A stretch of 43,636 bases of DNA, from positions 1-43,636 of IMG/VR virus record IMGVR_UViG_3300034069_000547; one strand, 5' to 3'. Position 1 is the stretch's first letter, and each line of letters opens with the position of its first letter. Origin of the DNA: a virus. The notes under the pieces are model-generated. The model was not told the origin of the DNA. It worked only from the letters and a program-made list of their open reading frames with translations, and ran no database searches. Position numbers and translations under genes: made by a program. Shown in pieces: positions 8,166 through 15,742 of this stretch.

Positions 8166-9463
8166 TACACAATCCCCCGGTTGACGCCGCTGTAGTCGAT
8201 GGCGCGGGCCTGCATGGGCGGCTGGTAATCGACCGCGACGAGCCCGAATGCGTCTGCGCCGTGCGAGGCCCAATCATGCGCAGGGCCCAAGCCAATGCCG
8301 CGCACATCATCGCGCTTCTCGTGATACCAGCCGATCGCGTCGATACCGCCCGCGCAACGCTCAGCATCAAAGTGCATCTGCGGGAATAGCCGACGCGCTG
8401 CCTCGATGCGCCCCATCGCCGCGCCTTGGCCCTGGTTCGGCACGACACGCACCGAAAACCCGGCATCGTCAAGCGCGCCCTCGTAGGTCGCCGACGCGAT
8501 CTTGTCGTGCTGCGCGCCGTCGTGCGGGAGCACGCACAGCGCCTTGTCGTAACCCCGCGAGCGTAACCAACCGACGTGAGCTGCAAGCGGCTGCCCAACG
8601 GCTTCGTAATAGTCACACAGACGGATTTCACGGCCGATGTACTGACCAACCCAGATCGCCGTCGCGTCAGCCTTCGCGCCCGTCCCGCCGATGTCCCACC
8701 ACGCGCGCACCGTCATGAGCGGATCGATTGCAACCCGGCCAATCCGCTGATCAGCACGCGCCTTGGTCAGTGACGCAGCGTAGTAGGCACCGGTGATCGA
8801 GGTGGCATAAGCGCCCTCCCACACGTGATCGTAATCGTCCGGGCGCTCCGCTTTGTCCGCCAATCTTTCGCGCTGGAGCACGGACGGAAACCATGGGTTG
8901 TCCCGCCAATTCATCTGCACGATTTTCACATCGTCAGGCTGCTCAGCGAGGCGGAACCTCTTGTCGGTATCCGAACCCTTGCGCTTCGGGTTCCACGTCA
9001 CCCACAGTTCCGAGCCTTCCTCGCGGATCGTCGGAATAAGAATTTGCCATGCGGCCTCGGTGACTGCTTCGGCTTCGTCCACCCAAGCCAGCAGAATGCG
9101 AGCCGTAGATTTGATGCTGTCAACGCTGCGGTCCAGGCCGGCGAACACGTAGCTGATACGGCCGTCGCGGGTGCGGACGTATTTCTCGCCCACATCGAAA
9201 TGCTCAGCCAGCCACGGCTCGGACTGGATTGCCGCCTTGATCTCTTCCAGCGACGAATCCGACAGGCTGTTCATGTACTGACGACCGCACAGGATGACGC
9301 CGCGTCGGCCCGCCTTGCTCCAGGCGTAGGCGCGAACCGCCGTCATCTTGGCGAAGCTGCGCGTCTTGCCCGAACCACGCCCGCCGTGCGCCCCCCGATA
9401 ACGGGCATCGCCGATGAACACGGGCACCAGCTTTTCGGGAAGGTCCACGACGGCTTGCGTCAC
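8165..9463 (-). CDS. terL: Terminase large subunit
   Basis: Walker A GGRGSGKT, Walker B-like LLAWVDEAE, 432 aa with a C-terminal nuclease-sized half. Preceded by a small basic protein. Confidence 0.85.
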   Translation of the reverse strand: MTQAVVDLPEKLVPVFIGDARYRGAHGGRGSGKTRSFAKMTAVRAYAWSKAGRRGVILCGRQYMNSLSDSSLEEIKAAIQSEPWLAEHFDVGEKYVRTRDGRISYVFAGLDRSVDSIKSTARILLAWVDEAEAVTEAAWQILIPTIREEGSELWVTWNPKRKGSDTDKRFRLAEQPDDVKIVQMNWRDNPWFPSVLQRERLADKAERPDDYDHVWEGAYATSITGAYYAASLTKARADQRIGRVAIDPLMTVRAWWDIGGTGAKADATAIWVGQYIGREIRLCDYYEAVGQPLAAHVGWLRSRGYDKALCVLPHDGAQHDKIASATYEGALDDAGFSVRVVPNQGQGAAMGRIEAARRLFPQMHFDAERCAGGIDAIGWYHEKRDDVRGIGLGPAHDWASHGADAFGLVAVDYQPPMQARAIDYSGVNRGIV

Positions 9464-9759
9464 GCAGGAACCCCGCGGATCACGATCTCGTGAACGATCG
9501 CGCCACCATCTTCGCCGGTGACCTGCATCGGCAGGACTTTCCCGAGCAATGGCATGAACGCGTTCGGGTTGGTGGTGGCCTGCGTGAACAGGTATCCGAC
9601 TAGGCCAGCTTTGCCACCAGCCTGTGTAGCAGCTTCAAGGATCGCTTCCTTGAGCAAGGTCGTGTTCTTGTTCGGAACGCCTTTCCTGCGGCCGGGACCG
9701 GGTGTGCCATCACCTACACGCGGTTTTTCGTCCGATTGTTTTTCGGTGAGCGCTGCCAT
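9460..9759 (-). CDS. Putative terminase small subunit
   Basis: 99 aa with a basic N-terminus (GPGRRKGVPNKNT). ATGA-coupled to TerL. Confidence 0.5.
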   Translation of the reverse strand: MAALTEKQSDEKPRVGDGTPGPGRRKGVPNKNTTLLKEAILEAATQAGGKAGLVGYLFTQATTNPNAFMPLLGKVLPMQVTGEDGGAIVHEIVIRGVPA

Positions 9760-9782
9760 AGCGCCGCACCATCTACAGCAGT

Positions 9783-9974
9783 TCAGCCAACAGTTTTAGG
9801 TACGTAACTCATTCTGTTGCCGAGTACGTAATTCCGCCGCTTCCGCTTCAACTCGTCATTCACCAGCCGTTTGAAGCGCGTGGTGCGAATGCCGAGCGTT
9901 TCCTTCGCTTCCCACCCAAGCGCAACGTAGACCTCCTCGAAGCCCTCGGGAGCGGGGATCACCGGCCTACCCAT
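9783..9974 (-). CDS. Hypothetical protein (63 aa from ATG 9974)
   Basis: MGRPVIPAPEG.... The start overlaps the TGA of a 14-codon bridging mini-ORF. Basic C-terminus. Confidence 0.5.
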   Translation of the reverse strand: MGRPVIPAPEGFEEVYVALGWEAKETLGIRTTRFKRLVNDELKRKRRNYVLGNRMSYVPKTVG

Positions 9975-10014
9975 CACCCCATCTCCCGTTCGCGTGTCAG
10001 ATACTGGGCGGCTG

Positions 10015-10275
10015 TCATGCGACCAGACCGGGGTGCTGCACGAAGCGCATCCACTGAGGCTCACCGATCTTGCGCTTATCGACCAAGCCGCGGCGATGCA
10101 GCGCGTTGGCGTGCTTGGCCGCGTTCTCGGTCAGTCCGGTCTGGTTCGACAGCAGGTAGAGCTGATCGACATTGAACCAGGCACCCGGCGTCATCACCGA
10201 ATACAGCTTGGCTTGAGCAGGCGTCAGTGGCCGCGTCCGCTCTGCCGCAATGATTGCCCGTCGAAGTCCACTCAC
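10015..10275 (-). CDS. Putative winged-helix DNA-binding protein (86 aa from GTG 10275)
   Basis: GGGAGGTG SD 6 nt upstream of the GTG. GTGA overlap with the upstream 53-aa ORF. The C-terminus ...ALHRRGLVDKRKIG is MarR/wHTH-like. Follows the helicase gene. Confidence 0.5.
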   Translation of the reverse strand: MSGLRRAIIAAERTRPLTPAQAKLYSVMTPGAWFNVDQLYLLSNQTGLTENAAKHANALHRRGLVDKRKIGEPQWMRFVQHPGLVA

Positions 10276-10433
10276 CGCATCACCTCCCGTTCGCGCCTGA
10301 GATATTCCGCCGCCCAATCAGGCCTGATCGAATATTTCGCAGCCAGCTTCATCGGGTCCGCGGTGCGCAGGGCAGGGCGCGGTGCCTTCATCGCGTTGCA
10401 CATGAACTCGGTGAGCGGGCTGGCGTGGGCCAT
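10272..10433 (-). CDS. Hypothetical small protein (53 aa, not in ORF track)
   Basis: ATGA overlap with the helicase stop and GTGA overlap with the next gene. Hand translation: MAHASPLTEFMCNAMKAPRPALRTADPMKLAAKYSIRPDWAAEYLRREREVMR. Confidence 0.5.
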   Translation of the reverse strand: MAHASPLTEFMCNAMKAPRPALRTADPMKLAAKYSIRPDWAAEYLRREREVMR

Positions 10434-11995
10434 CAATAATCTTCCCAATCAGGGTTCAGTGCGGGGTTTGAGCGCCAGTCGTTCGGGTCGATCGGCGGTG
10501 GATCATCGGTCCAAGGCAGCGCGTGGCTGCTGCCGGTTTCGGGCATATCCCCCGGGGGGAACCCACCCCCAGTGGTTCCCCCTTTAGGGGGAAGGGGGTG
10601 TGATGTGGCAGCTTTTAGCGGGTTTTGTGCAGGCTCTGTGCGCGCTTTGTGCAACGCTTTGTGCAGGCTTTGTGCAACGCTTTGTGCAGATTGCGGGGTG
10701 GTTTGTGCAGGGTTTCGAATGATGCCCTGCGCCCAGGTTCGATTGCTCGGGCGCATGTAAACCGGCCCCTCGCCGATGATCGTTTTGATGTGCAGAAGGC
10801 GTTCCTTCGCCCTCTCAAACTGCTCAACAGTCATGCCGTTGGCTGTGGTCATCTTGGCGAAAACGCGCGGTGCATAGTTGGCGGCGGCGGGGTAGGAACT
10901 GACTGCGCGCATCTCTTCCGTCGCCTTGTCGAGGCACGCCAAGAACCGCTCGTTTTCAGTGCCGACCAAGGCAACCTCAGCGATCTCCCGGGCGCGATCG
11001 TCTCCCAAATCCTCGGGGCGCACGAACGCCCAGTCTTGCCACCGGAACACGATTTCCTCGCCGCGCTTGCCGTAGTTGGCCTTGGATTTACGCAGGATAC
11101 GTTCGTCATCATCGACGGCCTGGCCGTTGCCCGGGTCGCCGCGAAAGTCGAGGAACAGGCGGTTGCGGACGTGCGCAGACCAGCCCGTTGAGCCGCTGTA
11201 TTCGTTGCCCTGTGTGTTGCCCTGCGAGAACTGCTTGTTTGGGTGGGCGAGTAGCAAGGCAGCGCCGTTGCGACGCTGTGACAGGCGCTCCAGCAGCCCT
11301 AGGAACGCTGCCACGTCATGCCGGGCGTTCTCATTACCCGCGAACAGATGGGCGGCGTTGTCGAGGACGATAAAGCCCCACTCGTGCCGATCGGCCTCCG
11401 CCTCGATCTGCTTGAAGCGTTCGGATGGTGTGAGCCGGCCTTGGGTGTCGAACGTGCCGAGTTCGTTGCCGATCTGGCCTAGCAGGGAGCGCAGGAACAG
11501 CTTGCCGCGCAGATCGGCCATCGTGACGCCGAGCATCGCGTTGATGGCTTCCTGACGCCGCCACAGCTCCTCCGCGCTATCCTCGCATGTGATGTATGCC
11601 GAGTTGCACTGCTCAACCGCGAGGCCGAGAAACGGGATACCAAGCCCAACGCATGTTGCGAGCTGCTGTGCGGCAAGCGACTTGCCGACGCCCTCCATTC
11701 CACTGAGCAAGCCAGCATGGCCCCGGGCGATCCAGCCTGGCACCACGAACGATCGCAGCGGGGCGTTGCGCCCATCCCACTCGCCGACGTCGATCCCGCC
11801 TGGGAGCACGAGGCTGGCGGCTTCGATTTCCGCCTGAACCTCGTCATCCACCACCCGCAGCTTCGGCGTAGCAGGCGCACCCCAATCGAACCCGTCAGCG
11901 TCGATCATCGAATTGACCGGCGAGCCGAGGCTATCCCAATAGGCGTTCACGCCGTCCGGATCGTCCATCATGCCGTCATCCATGAGTTTGGGCAC
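10433..11995 (-). CDS. RecA-fold replicative helicase / RepA-like ATPase (AAA_25-type)
   Basis: Walker A GMEGVGKS, Walker B FIVLDNAAH, 520 aa. The start is uncertain: GTG 11995, or ATGs at 11983 or 11971. Confidence 0.75.
   Translation of the reverse strand: MPKLMDDGMMDDPDGVNAYWDSLGSPVNSMIDADGFDWGAPATPKLRVVDDEVQAEIEAASLVLPGGIDVGEWDGRNAPLRSFVVPGWIARGHAGLLSGMEGVGKSLAAQQLATCVGLGIPFLGLAVEQCNSAYITCEDSAEELWRRQEAINAMLGVTMADLRGKLFLRSLLGQIGNELGTFDTQGRLTPSERFKQIEAEADRHEWGFIVLDNAAHLFAGNENARHDVAAFLGLLERLSQRRNGAALLLAHPNKQFSQGNTQGNEYSGSTGWSAHVRNRLFLDFRGDPGNGQAVDDDERILRKSKANYGKRGEEIVFRWQDWAFVRPEDLGDDRAREIAEVALVGTENERFLACLDKATEEMRAVSSYPAAANYAPRVFAKMTTANGMTVEQFERAKERLLHIKTIIGEGPVYMRPSNRTWAQGIIRNPAQTTPQSAQSVAQSLHKALHKARTEPAQNPLKAATSHPLPPKGGTTGGGFPPGDMPETGSSHALPWTDDPPPIDPNDWRSNPALNPDWEDY
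10549..10591. repeat. Cluster of overlapping G5/C5 palindromes
   Basis: CCCCCGGGGG (10549-10558). GGGGGAACC (10555-10563) pairs with GGTTCCCCC (10574-10582). CCCCC-TTTA-GGGGG (10578-10591). Confidence 0.85.
10624..10709. promoter_or_regulatory. Iteron array, candidate replication origin
   Basis: TTTGTGCA starts at 10624, 10646, 10658, 10669, 10681 and 10702, plus a degenerate TCTGTGCG at 10635. Spacing is 11-12 bp, all in the same orientation. Confidence 0.6.
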
Positions 11996-12323
11996 GCTGG
12001 AGCTGACGAGCGGCTTCCATGGCGAAGCTCAGGCCCGACAGCGCCAGCATCAGCTTGCGGGGGGAGGCGGGCGCAAACGCGAGTTGCGCGGCCAAGCGGC
12101 TGACCTCGCTAAGTAGCCCGGCGGATTCGTCGCAGCATTGGTGAACACCCGCGCTGGCCTGGTCGCGTAGTGCCGCGATGTCTGCGCGGATCGCGAGCGA
12201 CATCTCGTCATCACCAGGGCAGCGGATCGCGACTGCGGCGCACGCTGCTGCTTCGGCAAGCGTCTGCTCGGCAAGAGCAGGCCGCGTGCGCGCAGGACGG
12301 ATGCGGCCTGCCGGGGCGTTCAT
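11976..12323 (-). CDS. Hypothetical protein (115 aa from ATG 12323)
   Basis: ATGA overlap with the VRR-NUC stop. Ala-rich. Confidence 0.5.
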   Translation of the reverse strand: MNAPAGRIRPARTRPALAEQTLAEAAACAAVAIRCPGDDEMSLAIRADIAALRDQASAGVHQCCDESAGLLSEVSRLAAQLAFAPASPRKLMLALSGLSFAMEAARQLQRAQTHG

Positions 12324-12760
12324 CCGCGCACCACCGGCACCGGCGCACCGATCGACCGCAGCCACGCCATCAGGCCCTCGATCGTCCGCACAACGGCGAC
12401 CGGATGCCCGCGACGATGATACCAGTTCAGCGCCTCGATCTGCTCAGGCGACGGCATTGACCGGCCATCCTTAAACTCGGGCCGCGCGGTCACATCCGCC
12501 CACGCTATGCCCAAGTCAGGCTCACCGGAAAGCATGCCCTCCCGCTTCGCTTTCGCTGCTGCCCATGGCGTGCGCTTGCCGCCGTTCGGGACAGCGTAGA
12601 CGCGACACGCCCGCGCATGCTTGCGAAGGAAGGCGACGGCCTCGGTCTGGCGGGCATCCTCGCTGTCGGGCAGCTTATCCTTTGGCTCGACGTAGATCGC
12701 CGGGTCCAGCACCGGCTTCAACGGCTCGTCCAGCGCGAGCAAGGCGGCAGCGGGGCTCAC
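12320..12760 (-). CDS. VRR-NUC domain nuclease (146 aa from GTG 12760)
   Basis: YAVPNGGKRTPWAAAKAKREGMLSGEPDL matches the VRR-NUC core. GTGA overlap with the upstream gene sets the start. Confidence 0.65.
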   Translation of the reverse strand: MSPAAALLALDEPLKPVLDPAIYVEPKDKLPDSEDARQTEAVAFLRKHARACRVYAVPNGGKRTPWAAAKAKREGMLSGEPDLGIAWADVTARPEFKDGRSMPSPEQIEALNWYHRRGHPVAVVRTIEGLMAWLRSIGAPVPVVRG

Positions 12761-12963
12761 CGCGGCTCCCCCGACCGCCGCACGCGCACTTCCAACAGCA
12801 TGTCGTGCGCCACGTCTGGCTTGACCTTGTGAAACCGGCAGAGCTGCTCGACCGTGAAGCCGTCCAAGGCTTTTGGCCGGCAACCGTTCAGCATCTCGCG
12901 CAGAGCAGCGGTGCCCTTCTCGTAAGTCATGACCGGGTTGGCGTGGTGGCGAGGGGGCATCAT
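12757..12963 (-). CDS. Hypothetical protein (68 aa)
   Basis: ATGA overlap with the stop of 12960..13562. Confidence 0.5.
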   Translation of the reverse strand: MMPPRHHANPVMTYEKGTAALREMLNGCRPKALDGFTVEQLCRFHKVKPDVAHDMLLEVRVRRSGEPR

Positions 12964-13562
12964 GCTACCATCCGCCAAGCATCCGGATTCCAGCCCTGCC
13001 GCTGCGCTCGCTCGATCAGCTCGGCGTCCGTAAGTACCGACCGTCCACGCGCCCAGTGATCACCCTTCGAGTCGAAGCGCCCGCCAGCATCGCAGCGAAA
13101 TACGGGCCCAAAACGGCGCAGGTATTCGGCAGCCTCACCGGCGCGCGTCGCTTCACGATGCGGCCGATCGACCGGCCCACGATGGGTGCGGACAACCTTG
13201 ACCACAGCTTTAACGGCTACGGGTTCGGCCTTGCGGAAATTGCGCGCTGGTGGACGCTCAAGCCCAAGTACCTTGCACCAGCGCCCGATCGCGAACGTCG
13301 ATTTCTGATAGTGCGCGGCAAGCTGTAGCTGGCTCGCCGTCTGCCACCGATCGGCGAAGTCCGCAGGAGGCGTGTCAGCGTCATCCGCCTTGTGGCCTCC
13401 CGGCTTCGTCAGCCACGGGCCTAGGCCGTGCTTGTAGCTGACGCGCAGGACCGACTTGGCCGTGCGGCCCATGATGTCGCCGATTTCGCCTGAGCCCTTG
13501 CCCTCCGCGATCAGCGCGCGGCACTGCTCACGCTCGGCTGGTGACCATGACTTGCCGCTCAC
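12960..13562 (-). CDS. GcrA-like / Myb-SANT-like HTH protein
   Basis: The N-terminus MSGKSWSPAEREQCRALIAEGKGSGEIGDIMGRTAKSVLRVSYKHGLGPW resembles the GcrA N-terminal DNA-binding module (W..ER...L...G.S..EI....R..V....H.LGL). Confidence 0.4.
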   Translation of the reverse strand: MSGKSWSPAEREQCRALIAEGKGSGEIGDIMGRTAKSVLRVSYKHGLGPWLTKPGGHKADDADTPPADFADRWQTASQLQLAAHYQKSTFAIGRWCKVLGLERPPARNFRKAEPVAVKAVVKVVRTHRGPVDRPHREATRAGEAAEYLRRFGPVFRCDAGGRFDSKGDHWARGRSVLTDAELIERAQRQGWNPDAWRMVA

Positions 13563-14020
13563 GCCGCCCTCCGGAACAGCGTCGCGCCGCGGACCATCTC
13601 ACGCCGGCCGACCTCGCGGAGCGTCGGGTGATCCGCGGTCGCGCCTTCCACGGCCAGCCGGGTAACGCGCGCCGCATCCTCGCTCATGTCCGCTGCAAGC
13701 GCGCCGGGAGGGGTGCCGTCGTCGTCGGGTAATTCAAACGCGCCTTGGCCAATCATTTCGAGCCATTCCGCGGTGAACTCGGCCCCAAGAAACTTGGCGA
13801 GCGTCAGTGCCTCCGCGAATGTCGGTCCACGTGATTCCGCCGGGTCTAGCGTCGTCAGCGCCTCCAACTTGCGCGCGGCAATACCGGTGCCCTTGGCGAC
13901 TTGCTTAAACTGGTAGCGACGACCCCGGCCAACATAGAGGCGCAGGGCATCGCGGAACGTCTCGTTTGCTGCGTTGCGGGAAACGGTCAGGTCGTCTCCC
14001 GCTGTCTGGTGTGGTGTCAT
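13559..14020 (-). CDS. HTH-containing regulator-like protein
   Basis: YQFKQVAKGTGIAARKLEAL is an XRE-like helix-turn-helix. ATGA overlap with the methyltransferase stop. Confidence 0.45.
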   Translation of the reverse strand: MTPHQTAGDDLTVSRNAANETFRDALRLYVGRGRRYQFKQVAKGTGIAARKLEALTTLDPAESRGPTFAEALTLAKFLGAEFTAEWLEMIGQGAFELPDDDGTPPGALAADMSEDAARVTRLAVEGATADHPTLREVGRREMVRGATLFRRAA

Positions 14021-14970
14021 GGGTTAATCGCCCCATTATGAGGTTGTTCGATGAAACCTGCCGCTTCCCCAGCCTCGGCCGCGCGCTGCGTGACCTGGGC
14101 AGGGCTGTTGCGCGGGCCGAAAAGCTGCGCGGCTGCGAGCGAGAGGTACGGAGCCTGCAATGCCGGGATAGCGCGCGCAAAGGCTGCGGGGTCGCCGTAT
14201 TGCTGGCCGGCAGCAGCGTAGACCGCGGCTTTGTTTGCTGCGAGGATCGCGTTGCCGATCAGCTCGGGGATTTGCGGGACTACGGCGTTTCCGAGGGCGC
14301 CACGACGGTCCACGATATTGGGAAACCCATTAGCCACTCTAGAAATGTTGGGTTCGGGCGCCCACCGATCACATCCTCCAACCGCGTCTGCGATTTTTGG
14401 CCATTCGGCTTGATAAAATACCGGCCAGTCCAGACCCCGGTTTTCCGGGGCGATGCCCCCGACTTCATGGGGGTAGGCAACAATCCAAACTCGGTCGCGT
14501 CGATGAGCGGCGCCAGCGTAGGCAGCTGGAACGCAGTGCCATTGCGCATCATACCCGAGCGCGGCCAAGTCACCGAGGACTCGCCCCAATCCTCGACTAA
14601 GCAAAGCTGGCGAGTTTTCCAGGACAAGCAACTGGGGTCGAAGTTCGCCAGCCAAACGGGCGACTTCGGACCAAAGGCCAGAGCGTTCGCCATGGATGCC
14701 CGCTCCCCGTCCGGAAACGCTGATATCCTGACAGGGGAAGCCGCCGCAAATGGCGTCAACGCCGATTCCATCGGCAGCAAGTCGGGCGCCGGTAAGCTCG
14801 CGGATGTCATGGTAGCAGGGAACCTTGGGCCAGTGCTTCGCCAGCACGCGACGTGGAAACTCTTCGATCTCGCAGAACGCGACGGTCTTGAACCCGCCGG
14901 TGCGCTCCAGCCCCAGCGAGAACCCGCCGATGCCGCTGAACAGGTCAAGGAGACGGTATGGAGCGCTCAC
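14017..14970 (-). CDS. DNA (cytosine-5) methyltransferase (317 aa from GTG 14970)
   Basis: Motif I LDLFSGIGG, motif IV GGFPCQDIS, motif VI LVLENS, motif VIII RRDRVWIV, motif X GNAVVPQI. GTGA overlap with the upstream 44-aa ORF. Confidence 0.9.
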   Translation of the reverse strand: MSAPYRLLDLFSGIGGFSLGLERTGGFKTVAFCEIEEFPRRVLAKHWPKVPCYHDIRELTGARLAADGIGVDAICGGFPCQDISVSGRGAGIHGERSGLWSEVARLAGELRPQLLVLENSPALLSRGLGRVLGDLAALGYDAQWHCVPAAYAGAAHRRDRVWIVAYPHEVGGIAPENRGLDWPVFYQAEWPKIADAVGGCDRWAPEPNISRVANGFPNIVDRRGALGNAVVPQIPELIGNAILAANKAAVYAAAGQQYGDPAAFARAIPALQAPYLSLAAAQLFGPRNSPAQVTQRAAEAGEAAGFIEQPHNGAINP

Positions 14971-15101
14971 CACCCGCACACCCAAGCCACCACCACCCAA
15001 AGCGGCACGGACAGCGCGACGCCGACCGCGATGCCGCGCAGGATCGGGGCGGGCTCGTGATCTTCGGAGGTGTCGAAGGGGGAGAAATGCAGCGCGCTCA
15101 T
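14967..15101 (-). CDS. 44-aa single-pass membrane peptide (not in ORF track)
   Basis: ATGA overlap with the GIY-YIG stop and GTGA overlap with the methyltransferase start. Hand translation: MSALHFSPFDTSEDHEPAPILRGIAVGVALSVPLWVVVAWVCGW. Confidence 0.55.
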   Translation of the reverse strand: MSALHFSPFDTSEDHEPAPILRGIAVGVALSVPLWVVVAWVCGW

Positions 15102-15433
15102 GCTGCGATGCCGGCGGGCTGGAGCGAGCAAAACTGTGCCGCCTTCCGGTTACGCGTGACGCCGTGAACATTGAAAAGGCGATGTCCCACACACGAAAAG
15201 GCGTGAATGAGCGACCGCTCACGAAGGCGGGCGAGTTCGCGGTCGTGCTCCAGCCCGAGAGTGACCAGCTCGACTTCAGTGCTGGCGATCCACCGCGCAA
15301 AGTCATCAGGGATGAACATGCTGTTCGGCCGTTGCCGATGACTGCTAAGCCGCTGAGACAGGTTAGCCGTTTGCCCAATATAGCGCAGTTCGATGCTCTG
15401 CTTCTCGCGCAGCCCGTAAAGCCAGATGATCAT
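15098..15433 (-). CDS. Stand-alone GIY-YIG nuclease domain protein (111 aa)
   Basis: IWLYGL...LRYIGQTANLSQRLSSH, then RERSLI (catalytic Glu) and LFNV (Asn). ATGA overlap with the cro-like gene. Confidence 0.7.
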   Translation of the reverse strand: MIIWLYGLREKQSIELRYIGQTANLSQRLSSHRQRPNSMFIPDDFARWIASTEVELVTLGLEHDRELARLRERSLIHAFSCVGHRLFNVHGVTRNRKAAQFCSLQPAGIAA

Positions 15434-15666
15434 GCGGCGAGCCCCTGCCGAGCCTGCGCAACAACCCGAGAAAGCGTCGCGGCGTCCAGAGCGCCATCCG
15501 TCGCGCTCTCCGCCTTCATGGCCAGTTCGGGCGGCCATTCCTTCGCGTTGCGTAGCTGGGACAGCCGGCCTTTCGACACGGCCATTTCGATGCTTAGCGC
15601 CGTAAGCGTCTTGGCACCGTCGCGACTTAGATAGGCGTCTAGCGTCATGCTCAGCGGTTTAGCCAT
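15430..15666 (-). CDS. Cro/YdaS-family HTH regulator, first gene of the leftward operon
   Basis: LTALSIEMAVSKGRLSQLRNAKEWPPELAMKAESATDGAL fits the YdaS/Cro pattern. The start is ambiguous: ATG 15666, ATG 15648 or TTG 15684. Confidence 0.65.
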   Translation of the reverse strand: MAKPLSMTLDAYLSRDGAKTLTALSIEMAVSKGRLSQLRNAKEWPPELAMKAESATDGALDAATLSRVVAQARQGLAA

Positions 15667-15673
15667 TCTAAAC
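15656..15673. promoter_or_regulatory. Operator copy 1 (GGTTTAGCcaTTCTAAAC)
   Basis: Inverted repeat GTTTAG-N5-CTAAAC. It matches 16077..16094 at 16 of 18 positions. The ATG at 15666 lies in its spacer. Confidence 0.6.
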
Positions 15674-15692
15674 GACAATCGCAAGCGCCTTT

Positions 15693-15709
15693 GTTTAGGG
15701 TCGCGAAAC
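15693..15709. promoter_or_regulatory. Operator copy 2, degenerate (GTTTAG-ggtcg-CGAAAC)
   Basis: Same half-site and 5-nt spacer with one mismatch. Its centre lies 36 bp from that of copy 1, in the divergent intergenic region. Confidence 0.45.
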
Positions 15710-15742
15710 GACGCTCCGCCGTCGCGCTGGTATTCTCAGCGG

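Noticed and set aside
7192-8184. 330-aa plus-strand ORF opposite the portal gene
   Set aside because: It is antisense to a well-supported portal ORF, has no SD and a low-complexity Arg/Leu-rich translation.
10624-10709. Reading the short periodic repeats as a CRISPR-like array
   Set aside because: The repeats are 8 bp at 11-12 bp spacing with no spacers, and they lie inside a coding region. That is iteron geometry, not a CRISPR array.
12320-12883. Full 187-aa version of the VRR-NUC ORF. The same applies to N-terminal extensions of the ORFs at 189..1691, 3780..4772, 30542..31105, 30993..31535 and 38530..39288.
   Set aside because: The extensions overlap the preceding genes and translate to Arg/Ala-rich filler. 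Internal starts coincide with overlap coupling or SD sequences.
13966-15060. 364-aa plus-strand ORF, plus the 269-aa ORF at 14825..15634, opposite the methyltransferase/GIY-YIG genes
   Set aside because: The translation is Arg/Ala/Gly/Ser-rich junk, typical of antisense frames in high-GC DNA. The minus strand carries unmistakable C5-MTase and GIY-YIG motifs.
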